64,000 nucleotides of DNA from Octopus sinensis (lineage: Eukaryota): the NCBI RefSeq assembly GCF_006345805.1, contig NC_043016.1:26164001-26228000 (forward strand), given 5' to 3'. Under the pieces are notes generated by a model, which saw only the letters and a program-made list of their open reading frames with translations, was not told the origin of the DNA and did no database searches. The translations under genes and the position numbers were made by a program. Positions 12,552 to 24,745 of the stretch are shown here, piece after piece. The stretch's first letter is position 1, and the number at the start of each line of letters is the position of its first letter.

Positions 12552-12943
12552 CAAGCAGTATCGCCCGGCGTTGCTAAGGTTTGTTTCGACCCTTTAGAAT
12601 AGGAATTTTTGAAAAGTAAAACTTTTGCATTATGTAGCTTGTTATTCTCTTTAAGTGAACATTTTTCTGGTTGAAATACACCGAAAAATGGCGTCACAGC
12701 AGTAAAAAAAACCATAAAAAAATTGGGATTTTCATAGAAAAAAAGCACCTTTTTGATGTAAATAATTTTTGGTGTTAACATGGTCTGATTTGAATTTTTT
12801 TCTTCTACGGAAGGAAGAGCAAGCCTTCTATCATGCTCTCAATTTTGGTCAACTTGCGCCGCAGGGTCTCGGAGGAGATAGTGTTAGTTGAAGGCTACCA
12901 AACCTGCCATATACAGACAACTTCAGCTTTATATAGAAAGAGA
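12552..12943 (-). mobile_element. Non-autonomous Helitron
   Basis: On the minus strand: A|TC..tatataaag 5' end, 3' gcaacgccgggcgatactg CTTG|T (CTAG variant), no TSD. Confidence 0.75.
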
Positions 12944-13463
12944 TAAATGCCAGACAACACCGTGGAGGAATCGATGTAAGCTTAAATAAGAAACCACGAT
13001 GGGGTGAACTTATATTGCACCTCATACTCATTGAACGTTTAAAAAATCCGATTATACTTTTATAATTAAATATTATTAGGAACGTATTTAAAAAACTGTT
13101 AAAATGTTTTGTGAATTGTAGCAATATAACTAATTTATTGCAGATAAATTTTAACAGCGAAATCTTATATAAACTCACCCCGAAGGGTTCTTTGGACCCT
13201 GATCGAGAAACACTTCTATATATCAATGGAGACTACATAACGGTTCACGGGCGAATGCAGACCCCAAAGCTACCCGAGATAACATTGGGTGCACGCCCAG
13301 GGTTTAAAGATTTTTATTCCTACATTAAATTCCAATATAATTAGAAGACCACTGAAAGGTATTTGTAGAAAATTTCATTATATATATATATATTATATTT
13401 TATGAAATTTGATTTAATATTTCTAAATTGAATTTTTCCCTGTAGGTTTGGAATAATATTCCC

Positions 13464-13465
<2 letters not shown>

Positions 13466-13513
<48 letters not shown>
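13466..13513. repeat. (ATT)n microsatellite at the PLE end
   Basis: About 16 perfect ATT units abutting the PLE terminal repeat. Confidence 0.95.
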
Positions 13514-13514
<1 letters not shown>

Positions 13515-13597
13515 GTAATTGTTAAAGAGGACAACAAACATTAAGGCAAGACAAACATCTCAAGTCATTTATATTAATGTTATTGGAAAAATTCAAA

Positions 13598-13653
13598 GTC
13601 TTACAGTTGTTTCTGAGATATCCCAAAGTATGGGATATTCTGTCATCGGAGAC
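13598..13653 (-). ncRNA. Degenerate minimal type-I hammerhead ribozyme motif in the 3' pLTR
   Basis: Minus strand: gtct-CCGATGA-(atatccca/tgggatat stem)-GAAAC-aact-GTA-agac. Core has U4>C and lacks a clean G10.1-C11.1 pair. Confidence 0.5.
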
Positions 13654-14033
13654 AAATAGGGAAAATGTGAGGAATATAGATTAATGAAACAGTGACATAG
13701 AGGACAGGAGAACGAGAATAAAGAAATGAAGAAAAATAGGAAAAAAGAAGCATAAAAGTTCACAGTTCAACTTTCTGATAGTGTAGATGTCAGTCCATAC
13801 ATCCTTAGGTGCAATCCTGTGTAAATCCATGTATGGTTATAGCCTTAATAGTGTAAATATCCATAGAATAAATGTGAATGTATCAAAGTTTTGAAAGAGA
13901 ATGGCAGCAGAGGTGGCTATTAAGGAATAAAGAGGAAAAAAATAAATAGAAAGAGAGTAAGGTATTGGTAGGGAAGAAGGAGGTACAGAAAGTGGAGGAA
14001 GAAAGCAAGGATAAAATAGGGTATGTAGAAATA

Positions 14034-14431
14034 TCTTTATATATAAAAGAGAAGTTGTGTGTCTGTCTCCTACGATTTAGATTCCTAACTACTCCCACAT
14101 TTTGCGGTGCAGTTTAACCAAAACCGGGTATCTTATAGTCGTGATTCATATCGAGCCCTTCTGGGTATTAGTGCGCGTCTACGATGAGTCTACGATTTAA
14201 AAAAAAATTTACCATCATTTTTTTCCATTTTAATGCATTTTTCGCTATTATATAAGGGAAGTAACTCTCTAAAAATGTCTACGATGAGTTAACGATTTAA
14301 AAAAAAATTTACCATAATTTTTTTCCCATTTTAATGCACTTTTTTGCTTTTTGTTTTGGCTATAACTCTCTAAAAATGCTTATATAGTTATTTCCCTTAC
14401 AAACCCGAGCAACGCCGGGCGATACTGCTAG
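14034..14431 (+). mobile_element. Non-autonomous Helitron inserted in the PLE 3'UTR
   Basis: A|TC tttatatataaaa 5' end, cccg..cggg hairpin (14404-14419), CTAG|T 3' end, no TSD, internal roughly 100-bp direct repeat. Confidence 0.85.
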
Positions 14432-14775
14432 TAATGTACAAAAATAAGCAAGAAGATAAATAAATAAATATATGACAGTAAATAAGGGGAGAGGAGGAGG
14501 TAAAGGAAGATAACGTAAAAAAAATATAAAAAGTAAAATGAAAAGGATTCAAAGAGAATAGTAGGTGCCAGTTCTAGTCTACTAGTTTGTAGGGGCTGGG
14601 GAGAAAATCTAGTAAGTGTTTGTGTCCGTTTTATGGCTAAGGTCAGTGGCTGTAGAAATATTTGTAGCTATGGGGGTATGAGTGTGTAGGTAGTCGTGAA
14701 TGGAGAAACCAGTTGAATGTTAAATTATTTAGAAATAAAAGTTACAACTAAATATTAGGGGATTTAATAGGTTAA

Positions 14776-14950
14776 TGTTTACGTTCTGAGTTCAAATTCC
14801 GCCGAGGTTGACTTTGCCTTTCATCCTTTCGGGGTTGATAGATTAAGTACCAGTTACTCACTGGGGTCGATGTAATCGATTTAATCCCTTTGTCTGTCCT
14901 TGTTTGTCCCCTCTGTGTTTATCCCCTTGTGAGCTATAAAGAAATAAGAA
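14776..14950 (+). mobile_element. 5'-truncated Deu/Nin-like SINE inside the PLE GIY-YIG region
   Basis: gagttcaaattccgccgaggttgactttgcctttcatcctttcggggttgata..aaagaaataag. Confidence 0.85.
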
Positions 14951-15364
14951 TCTATTATAGCCCAAGAAAGTTTATATTGCGTTTTTCTATTAATTAGATG
15001 GTGTACATGACTGGCTAGTGATATGGAATTGCTATGCTCTTTGCTCTTTATATTTAAATGAGTTTATATGTACAGAATATTTTTGTTTAAAATTAGTGGT
15101 TGATCCAATATAGTAGCTATTGGAGTTATTTAATATGTTGTGGACTGTGTATTAGTATGCCACGTTGAATCTTCTGCACGGAGCTTGCAGTGGGCAGTCA
15201 GTCCCAGATCTGCAGTTGCAGCTATCTGTTCTAGGATGGTTAGTTGGAGAGAGGGATGAAGGAATGCTACTAGCAGATGAGCTAAAGGCTAGGGTTGTAT
15301 CAGGTGATGATATTGTTGTTATCATTGCCATTATTTCTATTATCAATATCATTGCCATCATTAC

Positions 15365-15418
<54 letters not shown>

Positions 15419-17502
15419 CATTATTATTGCCATTATTGTTATCACCATCGCTATTATAATTATTATTATTATTACTATTCGTAGTAATAGTAGCAGTGGT
15501 AGTCGTGGTGGTGTTAGTGTTATTATTATTGTAACTATTAGTAGTAGCACTTGTGGTGAGTGTTAGTAATAGTATTATTTTCGGTAATGGTAATATTGCC
15601 ATTGGTGGTAGTATCAGTATTGTTGCTAGTATTATTAGTAGTTGTAGTGGTTATAGTATAATTAGTACTGTTAGTATCAGTATTCCTATTAGTATTGGCA
15701 TTAGTATCAACTATGTGTCGATTTTCTTCCAAGGTGGCGTCTATATTATGTATGTTTAAGTTATTTAAAGTGTTAGTGCCGGGGTTGTTGGATATATTAT
15801 TGTGATTGATGTTAATGTTTTTGTTATGTAGGTCTATGGTAGGGTTGTATGCATTTGGATAGTAAGAGCTAAGTTTATGTTTGTTAAATGAAGTGATAAT
15901 AGATTCTATATTTGGAGTAGAGGAATAGAATAATTTTAAAGTGGGTCTGTTAAAGATTGAATGATAATTGTGGTTACATGGGGAATTAGACCCTACTATT
16001 TTAAAGAATGCTTTAGCAAGGCCATTAACATTTAAAGATGTGTACCAGAGAATATATCTCCCACCGTTTTTATTTGGCTAATTTGAGGATGTGTAATTCC
16101 TAGTGCATGTTAGATTAGAGCTGGAGGGTTTGGTGTTAGTATTCTTAAATTGTTATGTATATGGGTGGCAGGTGGGCGAGATTGTATAATTATAGTGGGG
16201 GGTTTTGGGTATCCAATATGTGGGCGCGCTCCTCTAGGGTTAAGCTCAGAGAGCTGTTCTTTAAATCTCGTGTTGGTTATAAATCTAATCTTCTGCGAGA
16301 AACCACTTGTAGCTACAACTTGGTCGTAGTAAGTGGCGTAGTTATTGAAGATTTTCTCGGTGGCAGATAGATCGGATATTCTGATGGACATGCCTTTGAC
16401 TAAACTCTTGAAAGTAAATTTATGGTGGCTAAATTTATTGATGTACTTAAGGTATTGATTGGGTTCATGATATGGGAAGTAAAGTAAAGAGTTTAAATCT
16501 AACGCAACATCTAGAAAGTTTTCTGTCTTGTAAAAGTTTTCAAAAGAGACTGATAAGTTAAAGCCAGCAAAGAATTTACATAAGAGATTTCTACTTCCTT
16601 TTAATGCAAATTTTGTTAGGCCTGTTGCAATTAACAATGCATCACCTCTATATAAACCTCTTTTGATGTGGGGGAATTGCATGTAGAGCTGTTGAAGGTG
16701 GTACAACCTGACTAGATCTGTGACCTGAGTAGAATCGGATGAGCCCATGATTATATCAAAGAAATTGTTTCTATTAATATTGAGGTTAGCATGGGACCAA
16801 AGCTTATTATCGAAGGTGATGAGAATCTTCTTGGCAGATAGAATTACATCAATTTTTAAGGAGGTTATGTTGGTTAAGTTTTTAGCTAGAGTCAGAGCGT
16901 CTTTAAGGAGAATTGGTGATATGAAAGCGTAGTAGTTGTTGATGTCAAATTGTAGGAGCGAGGAAGTGTTTTGTTTTGAAGCAGGTGGAACCAGGTGATG
17001 ACCTTGCCTGTGCAGGACCATAAGTTTATGTTTAGCTTCTTTCTAATAGTAGGTATAATTCTATCTAGTATATTTTGCTAAATCAGATTTGGTGGGTCAG
17101 ATGAGTCTTATAGAGCGTTTAGTTGAGAGGTCTGGTTTATGGTCCTTCAGACTGAAGTGTAGGGCTCTGGGTTGCAGGATTCCTTTCGGTCATCAACTTT
17201 AATTGTATTTACAAGCTTGCATTGATTGGTGTTGACCATGGGGCTATCCTATAGGATTTGTGTAGCTGCTTCTTAATAAATACAATATGTTCCATTGAGG
17301 AATATATTGAATTTATTAAGGCTATAACCATACATGGATTTACACAGGATTGCACCTAAGGACTGACATCTACACTATCAGAAAGTTGAACTGTGAACTT
17401 TTATGATTCTTTTTGCCTATTTTTCTTCATTTCTTTATTCCCTTTCTCCTGGCCTCTATGTGATCATTTCATTAATCTGTTCCCCTCACATGTTCCCTAT
17501 TT

Positions 17503-17558
17503 GTCCCCAATGATAGAATATCCCATACTTTGGAATATCCCAGAAACAGCTGTAAGAC
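17503..17558 (+). ncRNA. Degenerate hammerhead motif in the inverted 5' pLTR
   Basis: gtcc-ccaatga..GAAAC-AGCT-GTA-agac; palindromic stem-III loop retained, CUGAUGA mutated. Confidence 0.4.
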
Positions 17559-17777
17559 TTTGAATTTTTCCAATAATAACAATGTAAATGACTTGAGATG
17601 TTTGTCTTGCCTTAATGTTTGTTGTCCTCTTTAACAATTATATATCTGCCAAACTGGAAATCAACAAAAGTTCCACAACTCCTGTGTTGACTATAATCTT
17701 GGAGCCCTGGTAATCTGTAACAGCACTTACCCAGCATAGCTAGACGTTTAGATCACCTGTGAACTAAAATCCCATAT

Positions 17778-17805
17778 TTTGTATGTGTGTATATATATAT
17801 ATATA

Positions 17806-17872
<67 letters not shown>

Positions 17873-18128
17873 ACATATATATATGTGCATATGTATGTAT
17901 ACATATATATATGTGCATATGTATGTATACATTTATATATGTGCATATATATGTATACATATATATATATGTGCATATATATGTATACATATATATATGT
18001 GCATATATATGTGAATATATATGTATACATACATATATATATATGTGCATATACATGTATACATATATATGTGTGTGTGTGTGTATGCATATATATATAT
18101 GTATACATATATGTGTGTGTGTGTGTGC

Positions 18129-18160
<32 letters not shown>
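17778..18160. repeat. Compound (TA)n/(TATG)n/(TG)n microsatellite
   Basis: Directly visible; it accounts for the Y/I/M/H-rich ORFs in the track. Confidence 0.95.
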
Positions 18161-18161
<1 letters not shown>

Positions 18162-18167
18162 AGTATT

Positions 18168-18584
18168 TACTCTTTACTCTCTCTTTTACTTGTTTCAGTC
18201 ATTTGACTGCAGCCATGCTGGAGCGCCGCCTTTAGTCGAGCAACTCGACCCCGGGACTTATTCTTTGTAAGTCCAGTACTTATTCTATCGGTCTCTTTTG
18301 CCGAACCGCTAAGTCACGGGGACGTAAACACACCAGCATCGGTTGTCAAGCAATGCTAGGGGGACAAACACAGACACACAAGCATACACGCACACACATA
18401 TATATACATATATATATACATAAATACGACAGGCTTCTTTTCAGTTTCTGTCTACCAAATCCACTCACAAGGCATTGGTCGGCCCGGGGCTATAGCAGAA
18501 GACACTTGCCCAAGATGCTACGCAGTGGGACTGAACCCGGAACCATGTGGTTGGTTAGCAAGCTACTTACCACACAGCCACTCC
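18168..18584 (-). mobile_element. Full-length SINE family A
   Basis: Reverse complement of 3839-4226 with low divergence. Confidence 0.88.
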
Positions 18585-19089
18585 AAGTATATTTGTATAT
18601 ATATCTATATATATATATATATAGCAAATAAGAAAATGGAAAGGATGCAAAAATGACATACATCAGCTGGTAGACATTCTAGTATGTCTATTTATTCAAA
18701 AGTATTAGAAAGTATTAGGAGAACCCATGCCAGCATGGAAAATGGACATTAAAGGATGATGATGATACACATGTAATAACTATGTGTTACATACACATGT
18801 AGTAATATTACAGAAAAGAGAAAAAGAGCAAAAGATCAGATTGTCTTTAGGTTCTAGTTCCTTATGGCTGTTTCTGCCAAGAGGCAACAAAATCCTCCAT
18901 GCCATCTCCATCTCCATCTCCTCAGTGTTCTGCAGGGATGGGTAGATAAAGTTTGGATGGTGGATGTGCCTCTAAGCTTCTTCAGAGGGTCTAAGTGGTT
19001 GGGAGGGTTAATACATATAAGAAACAGTTAACAATAGGTAGTGTGTTTGTCTTTTTGAAAGGGCAGAAAAAGAATAGGAGCAAACACTA

Positions 19090-20070
19090 ACACCACACTT
19101 TGGTCTCATCTGGTTCCTTACTCTCATTGATATATTCATATACCAAATTTTCCCATGATGGGTTCTCCATCATATGCTGCTTATGCCATACTATCTGCAA
19201 CGTTGCACCTACTAGCTGGCACTTTATAAACTTTCACCTCCGTAACACAGACCATACCTCCGAATCTACCACTATTTTTATGTAAACATAATGTGAACTA
19301 CTGCCTAAATTCACTCTTCCTGAAAAACCTCCTCTTAAGAACGACTATATTCTCCTATCCCCAATTGGATCTTGGAATACATCACGGGGAGTCTGTAGCT
19401 TATTCCCCTTCATATACCCAAATAATTTCAATAAGTTGTGCTTCACTAACATCCTCATGTTTGCTCAACAAATTCTATCCAACCAAGTGGTATGGAAAAG
19501 TGGACATAAAAATAATGATGACAATGATTCTGCTGCTCTTCGTCCGTTTCTGTATTGTCAGTCATTACCTATCCTCCCCCACTTTCTCCCAACTTCTATT
19601 GTGCCATCAGTCATCTGTCCACCCTTGTTACCTAGTGATTGATGGATCACTATCTCCACCTATTGATCTTCTCAATCTATAATCTTTTTTTCTTTTTTTA
19701 CATTCCCTCCAAGGTATATTATTTCATCAATGACCTCTCAACCCTTGTTCATCATTCATTATATTCACCCTTTCACCCACTACCCTCCTGCACTTCTGTC
19801 CCACTCATTCCTACCTGTTCATACCTTGAGGATTGTACTGGAACCTTATCACCACTATTTTATCTCTCTTTCAACTCTACTCCAATTATTCCCACTAACT
19901 TTTCTATTATATGAATAGTTTTGTCGCTCTTTAACAGCAAGAAACCTGGCCTGTTCTGGCCTCATTTTTTATATTTTACCTCTTATCTCTTTGCATAAAG
20001 TCACCCCTCACTCTCTTTACTGTAGCCCCCACTTAATTGAAGGTTTCATAGTTTTAGAGGCAGCATGGTA
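19090..20070 (-). mobile_element. Highly decayed LINE fragment (probably RTE endonuclease region)
   Basis: Purine-rich minus strand with weak RTE-like peptide traces; no long ORF. Confidence 0.4.
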
Positions 20071-20203
20071 TCCTCACTAGTTCTGGTGTTACTAGGAAAG
20101 GTTCTCAGTACACTCTGTAAAGTGGTTGATATTAGGTAGGGCTTCCAGTTGTAGAAACCATGCCAAAGTAGACACTGATGCATAATGATTATATATGTAT
20201 GTA

Positions 20204-20242
<39 letters not shown>

Positions 20243-21349
20243 ATATATATATATATACATACTATTATCCTCTCATCTCCTAATATATAGCTGAACCATG
20301 ACCAACCCCAGGGCTTTTAGTCCTCCAAACTACATGGCAACCTCAATAGTGTGTGTGGGAAGCTTGAAAAAAAGGTACCCAGTCCACACTGTAAAATGGT
20401 TGAAATTAGGATGGGAATCCAGCTGTAGAAACCATGCCAAAGCAGACATTGGAGCTCCATGCAGTCATTGGACACATCTGTTTCTGTCATGCCATGCAAC
20501 CCATTCCAACATGGATATTAAATGATGATGATGATGATGATGATGATGATATAACGAGGCCTCTTGAATACCATTAAATAATGCTCTGTAATGTATTTAT
20601 TCTGCTGTAAAAAAACAAAACAAAAAAACATGGCAATGAATTTATCTGCAATAAATTACAGGTATTTAGCTTGGTGCTGAATTTACTAACAATCTACTTG
20701 GCATGTTGATAAATTAACTGACAATGAATTGGTTTGTGATATAATTACTATGTTGTGATGAAAGTGCCATGCAGTAAAATTTACAGGTAATGTATTTAAT
20801 GTGATGTAATTAGCCTAATGAATTAACCTCAGTGAATTAACCAGGTATCAGTTGTGGCAGACTTAGATATCTCTAGAAGTCTCAATGAATAGATTAGATT
20901 GGCACTTGAATAAATCACAGGGATAATTCACATGTCCATAAAATAGTACTAATTTCTAGAGTGTTAAGTAGAGATAAAAATGTCATTCCTGATAGGAAAG
21001 CAGCAATCTGTCTCATGTTAATTTCTTTCTTCTCATTTGTTTTCTTTGCTTCTTTTCTAATTCACTTTTCACACTTTCCAAGATCAGCAATGATCAATAC
21101 AATTGATGTTTAATTTGGACTTCTGTTAAAAGACATCTTTAAAGTAAACATGGACGGAAAATGAATTCCAGGAAGAAAGAAATAGGGGAAGAATGTTCTT
21201 TATGAGGTCCTGTGATGTGAACTGTAATTACTGTAATTAGTGAGGACAGGTGTGTTGTGCAAACAAGTGTTTCCTAATCTAATCTAGCTCTGGGTTGATC
21301 AAAGCCTTTTGATTAGATCTGGTTAACAGAAACTGAAAATAGCCCATTA

Positions 21350-21384
<35 letters not shown>

Positions 21385-21391
<7 letters not shown>

Positions 21392-22700
21392 TTATCGTCA
21401 TCCTTGCACATGTTGGACAGATACCTCAGTCTGTTCTCTCCATCAACCATGGCCTTCATTCCAGCTTCTACATGGTCCTTCCCTCCTTTTTTTTTTCTGG
21501 ATGTGATATCAGTTTGGTATTCCATTTGTTATCTTTTCTAAATACATATCCTGCAAAAAACCATTTCAAACTTTTTATTTTCTAGATATATCCATTAAAC
21601 CTGTTGCTACTCTTATCCTGTTATTTCTCCACTTATCCATTTTGGTAATCTTTAGCTTTTTCCTTTCCATGATCTTTATGTTGCTCTTAATTTATTTTCA
21701 ATGCTTTTGTTTGTAGCCCATGTTTCTGATGCATGCATAAAGGCACATACTGGTCGAAGACCTTTCTTTTTAGACACATAGACAAATTACTGCCTTTTGG
21801 TAAATTATAGCCAAATTATTGGCAAATTATAGCTTTTGGTAAATTGAATCACAATGATGTGATTCAATTTATCAACAGCTGTCCATCTTAATTCTATTTG
21901 TTGTTCCTTTTCTTTGGTCTGTTTTTTCCCTTTAAGCATATTATTTATCCAAGATAGGTGGTGGTGATGATGACGGTGGTGGTGGAGGTGGCAGCGGCAG
22001 TGGTAGCGGCGGCCGTGGAAGTGGTGACGGCAGCAGTGGTGGTGATGATGATGATGGGTGCATTAGTTTACATGTTCAACTATTTCATCACCTATTACTA
22101 CATTTCCAACTGTGATTAGATGGTTTGAGAGTATCTTTGTTTTATTAAATTTAATTCCGAGTTCACATTTTTTTCCTTTCTTCTTTTAGTTCTCTGAGCA
22201 TTTCTGTTGATTATTTTTATTGCTCCTGGAAATTAAGTACAATATGGGATGATTTAGCATGCTTCTATTTATATGTATTCCTTTATTTGACCAATATGTG
22301 GTTTTGAAAACCTTTTCTAATATAGACATGAATAATTTGGGTGACATGGTATCTCCTTGTCTGACTCTTTTACCAATTTTGATATCAACCCTAAACAGTC
22401 AATTCTACAATTGTGGATTTTGAAAAAGCCTTTGATTGCATAGAAATTGATGATATACAAAAAGCACAGGAATAAAAAGGGAGTCAAAGGAGACTACATG
22501 AAATTGTTAGAGAATGTGTACACCAACTGAAGAACTACAGTTGTGTATAATGGATATATATATATATATCCATTAAACCTGTTGCTACTCTTATTCTGTT
22601 ATTTCTCCACTTATCCATTTTGGTAATCTTTAGCTTTCTCTTTTCCATGATTTCTGTGTTGCTCTTAATAAATTTTCAATGCTCTTGTTTGTAGTCCGTT
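21385..22700 (-). mobile_element. Decayed RTE-like LINE with an inverted 5' segment and a local duplication
   Basis: Minus strand VDIKIGKRVRQGDTMSPKLF through to the C-terminus. Plus-strand segment 22385-22555 has DFEKAFD and ends VVYNG. 22560-22697 repeats 21586-21720. Confidence 0.75.
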
Positions 22701-23061
22701 ATACACAATTAAGACAGTGTTTAATTTTTAAAATCCCTCTATTTATACATGATAACGTATAGTACATAGATGGTTATTCTAAATTAATAATACCTCAGTT
22801 GCATTTACTGGGTTTTTAATCAGCTGTGCCACTTTATGCAACATCAGTGAATGTTTAATTCACTTTCTCCTATGTTAAAGACAATGAATTCTCAGCATGT
22901 GGCTGACTGTGGGGAGGTGCCATTAAAAAGATCCCCAAAATGCCAAAATGCATCAGGCTCTCTTACTGGCTGCTGCTGGGATGAATTTTCATATCTTTCT
23001 GATATTATTTATTGTGTTTTTAACACAGCATATTTCTGGACAAATATGGCAGTAACAATAT

Positions 23062-23192
<131 letters not shown>

Positions 23193-23268
23193 TATATATA
23201 CACATTAAGTTTGATGCATAGATGGCTATGTATGTATGTATGTATGTATGTATGTAGGTATGTATGTA

Positions 23269-24525
23269 CAGGGGTTGGACAAAATAATGGAAACACCTTA
23301 AATTTTCAAACAAGTTTATTTTAATATGGGGTAGGACTGCCTTTGGCAGTAATTACACCTTGAATTCTACAAGATATGGATTTGTACAAAGTTTGAATTG
23401 TTTCCAAAGGAATTTTTGTCCATTCTTCAGCTAAAACAGTCTCCGGTTCTTGTAGTGATGATGGTGGAAGATATTGACTCCTTACTTGTTTTTCTAAAAT
23501 GCACCATAAATGTTCAATAATATTGAGATCTGGGGACTGTGGTGGCCAGATAAGATGTTCAACTTCACTATAATGTTCCTTATGCCATTCAGTAACAACT
23601 TTAGCTATGTGAATTGGTGCATTATCGTCCTGAAAGATTGCATTTCCCCCCGGAAACAGTTCCACAACCATAGGATGAATTTGATCAGTTTAAATGCTTA
23701 GATAGTCTTGACTATTAATTCTGCCATGAAGGGAAATCATTGGGTCAGTGGATTTCCAAGATATAGCCCCCCAGATTATCACAGATCCTCCTCCATGTTT
23801 AACAGTTGGAAGAAGGCAGTCTGGGTCAAATGCTTCTTTTGGCTGTCTCCACACATATACTTGGCCAGTGGTCGGAAATAAGGTAAAAGATGACTCGTCC
23901 AAGAAAATAACATTCTTCCACTGCTCTAGGGACCAATTCTGTAGGTTTTTACTCTGCTCTAAATGCTTTGCAACATTTGTTTTTGAAAGTAGTGGTTTTC
24001 TGATTGCAGCCCTCCTGGAACTCCCAGCAAACAGTTTTTTTGTGGAAACTGGGTTCTCGAGGTGATCATTAAGCCCTGCAGTAATTTGGGAGCTGTACTT
24101 TTGTGTTCCTTTCTAACAATTTGTGTAAGAGTTCGATGGTCCCTATCTGAAAGTTTTCGCTTTCTTCCAGGGTTTTGTTTCGATGAGGAGGTTTTTCCCT
24201 CTTTGTCAAAGGCTGTCATTACTTTCAAGACAGTACTTCTTGATGCACCAAGCATTTCACCTGTTTTCGTTATACTAGCACCTGCCATACAAGCACCAAC
24301 AATTTAGCTTCTTTGAAAGTCCAATAGATCTGTCATTTTAATGAATTTTAATTACCTTTTTCAGACATTATCTGAAAAGAAACAGCAATTTTAGCAAAAG
24401 ATATTAAGCAACACTAACAATCAATCAAAAGACATAAAAATAAACAAGCTTTTGATGGTTTAATAGATATTTCACAATTATGATGCTATGATACTAGCTC
24501 TTTCCATTATCTTGTCCAACCCCTT
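23269..24525 (-). mobile_element. Full-length (1257 bp) Tc1-family transposon, DD36E transposase pseudogene
   Basis: TIR caggggttggacaaaataatggaaa / tttccattatcttgtccaacccctt with TA flanks inside (TATG)n. HTH region, DESSF, KHGGGSV, QDDNAPIH..SPDLNIIE. Frameshifts and stops. Confidence 0.93.
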
Positions 24526-24745
24526 TATGTATGTATGTATGTATGTATGTATGTACGCATGTATGTATGTATGTATGTATGTATGTATGTATGTATGTAG
24601 CTATGTATGTATGTATGTATGTATGTATGTATATATGTATGTATGCATGCATGTACGTACATATGTCATGCATGTACGTACATATGTTATGAATGTATGT
24701 ATGTATGTATGTATGTATGTATGTAGGTATGTATGTATGTGTGTA
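24526..24745. repeat. (TATG)n microsatellite
   Basis: Directly visible; continues on the other side of the Tc1 element (23228-23268). Confidence 0.95.

Larger units (their letters stand above)
13513..17641 (-). mobile_element. Penelope-like element (Neptune-type architecture: RT, linker, CxC, GIY-YIG) with inverted pseudo-LTRs
   Basis: ORF 16110-17021 has PLE RT motifs (QFDINNYY, FDIIMGSSDS, GLYRGD, NFLDV). They are followed by ILWY..YHSIFNR..PNIESII, an N/T-rich linker, CNCR..CPL..C and YYIGSTTNFK. 13513-13851 is the reverse complement of 17315-17641. Confidence 0.88.

Noticed and set aside
15152-15566. Poly-Ile transmembrane-looking ORFs on both strands
   Set aside because: Alternative frames of the (AAT)n tract inside the PLE linker.
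17748-18235. Multiple 100-150 aa ORFs rich in Y/I/M/H/C/V
   Set aside because: Translations of (TA)n/(TATG)n/(TG)n microsatellite; the same applies at 22.9, 24.5, 30.8, 42.9, 44.9, 57.0 and 58.1 kb.
20595-20625. Strong minus-strand acceptor (ttttttacag) as a possible last exon of the chitin-binding gene
   Set aside because: It gives an immediate stop, and a much better in-frame exon exists at 26573.
20640-20960. Cluster of TAAT/ATTA motifs as a possible enhancer
   Set aside because: Expected by chance at this AT content; no independent support from sequence alone.
21541-21560. ttttgcag|gatat, resembling the chitin-binding exon acceptor
   Set aside because: It lies inside the LINE ORF (FAGYVFRK); coincidental.
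21958-22060. Gly/Ser-rich or Pro-rich exon candidate
   Set aside because: A degenerate (GGT/GAT)n simple repeat within the LINE, with no splice signals.
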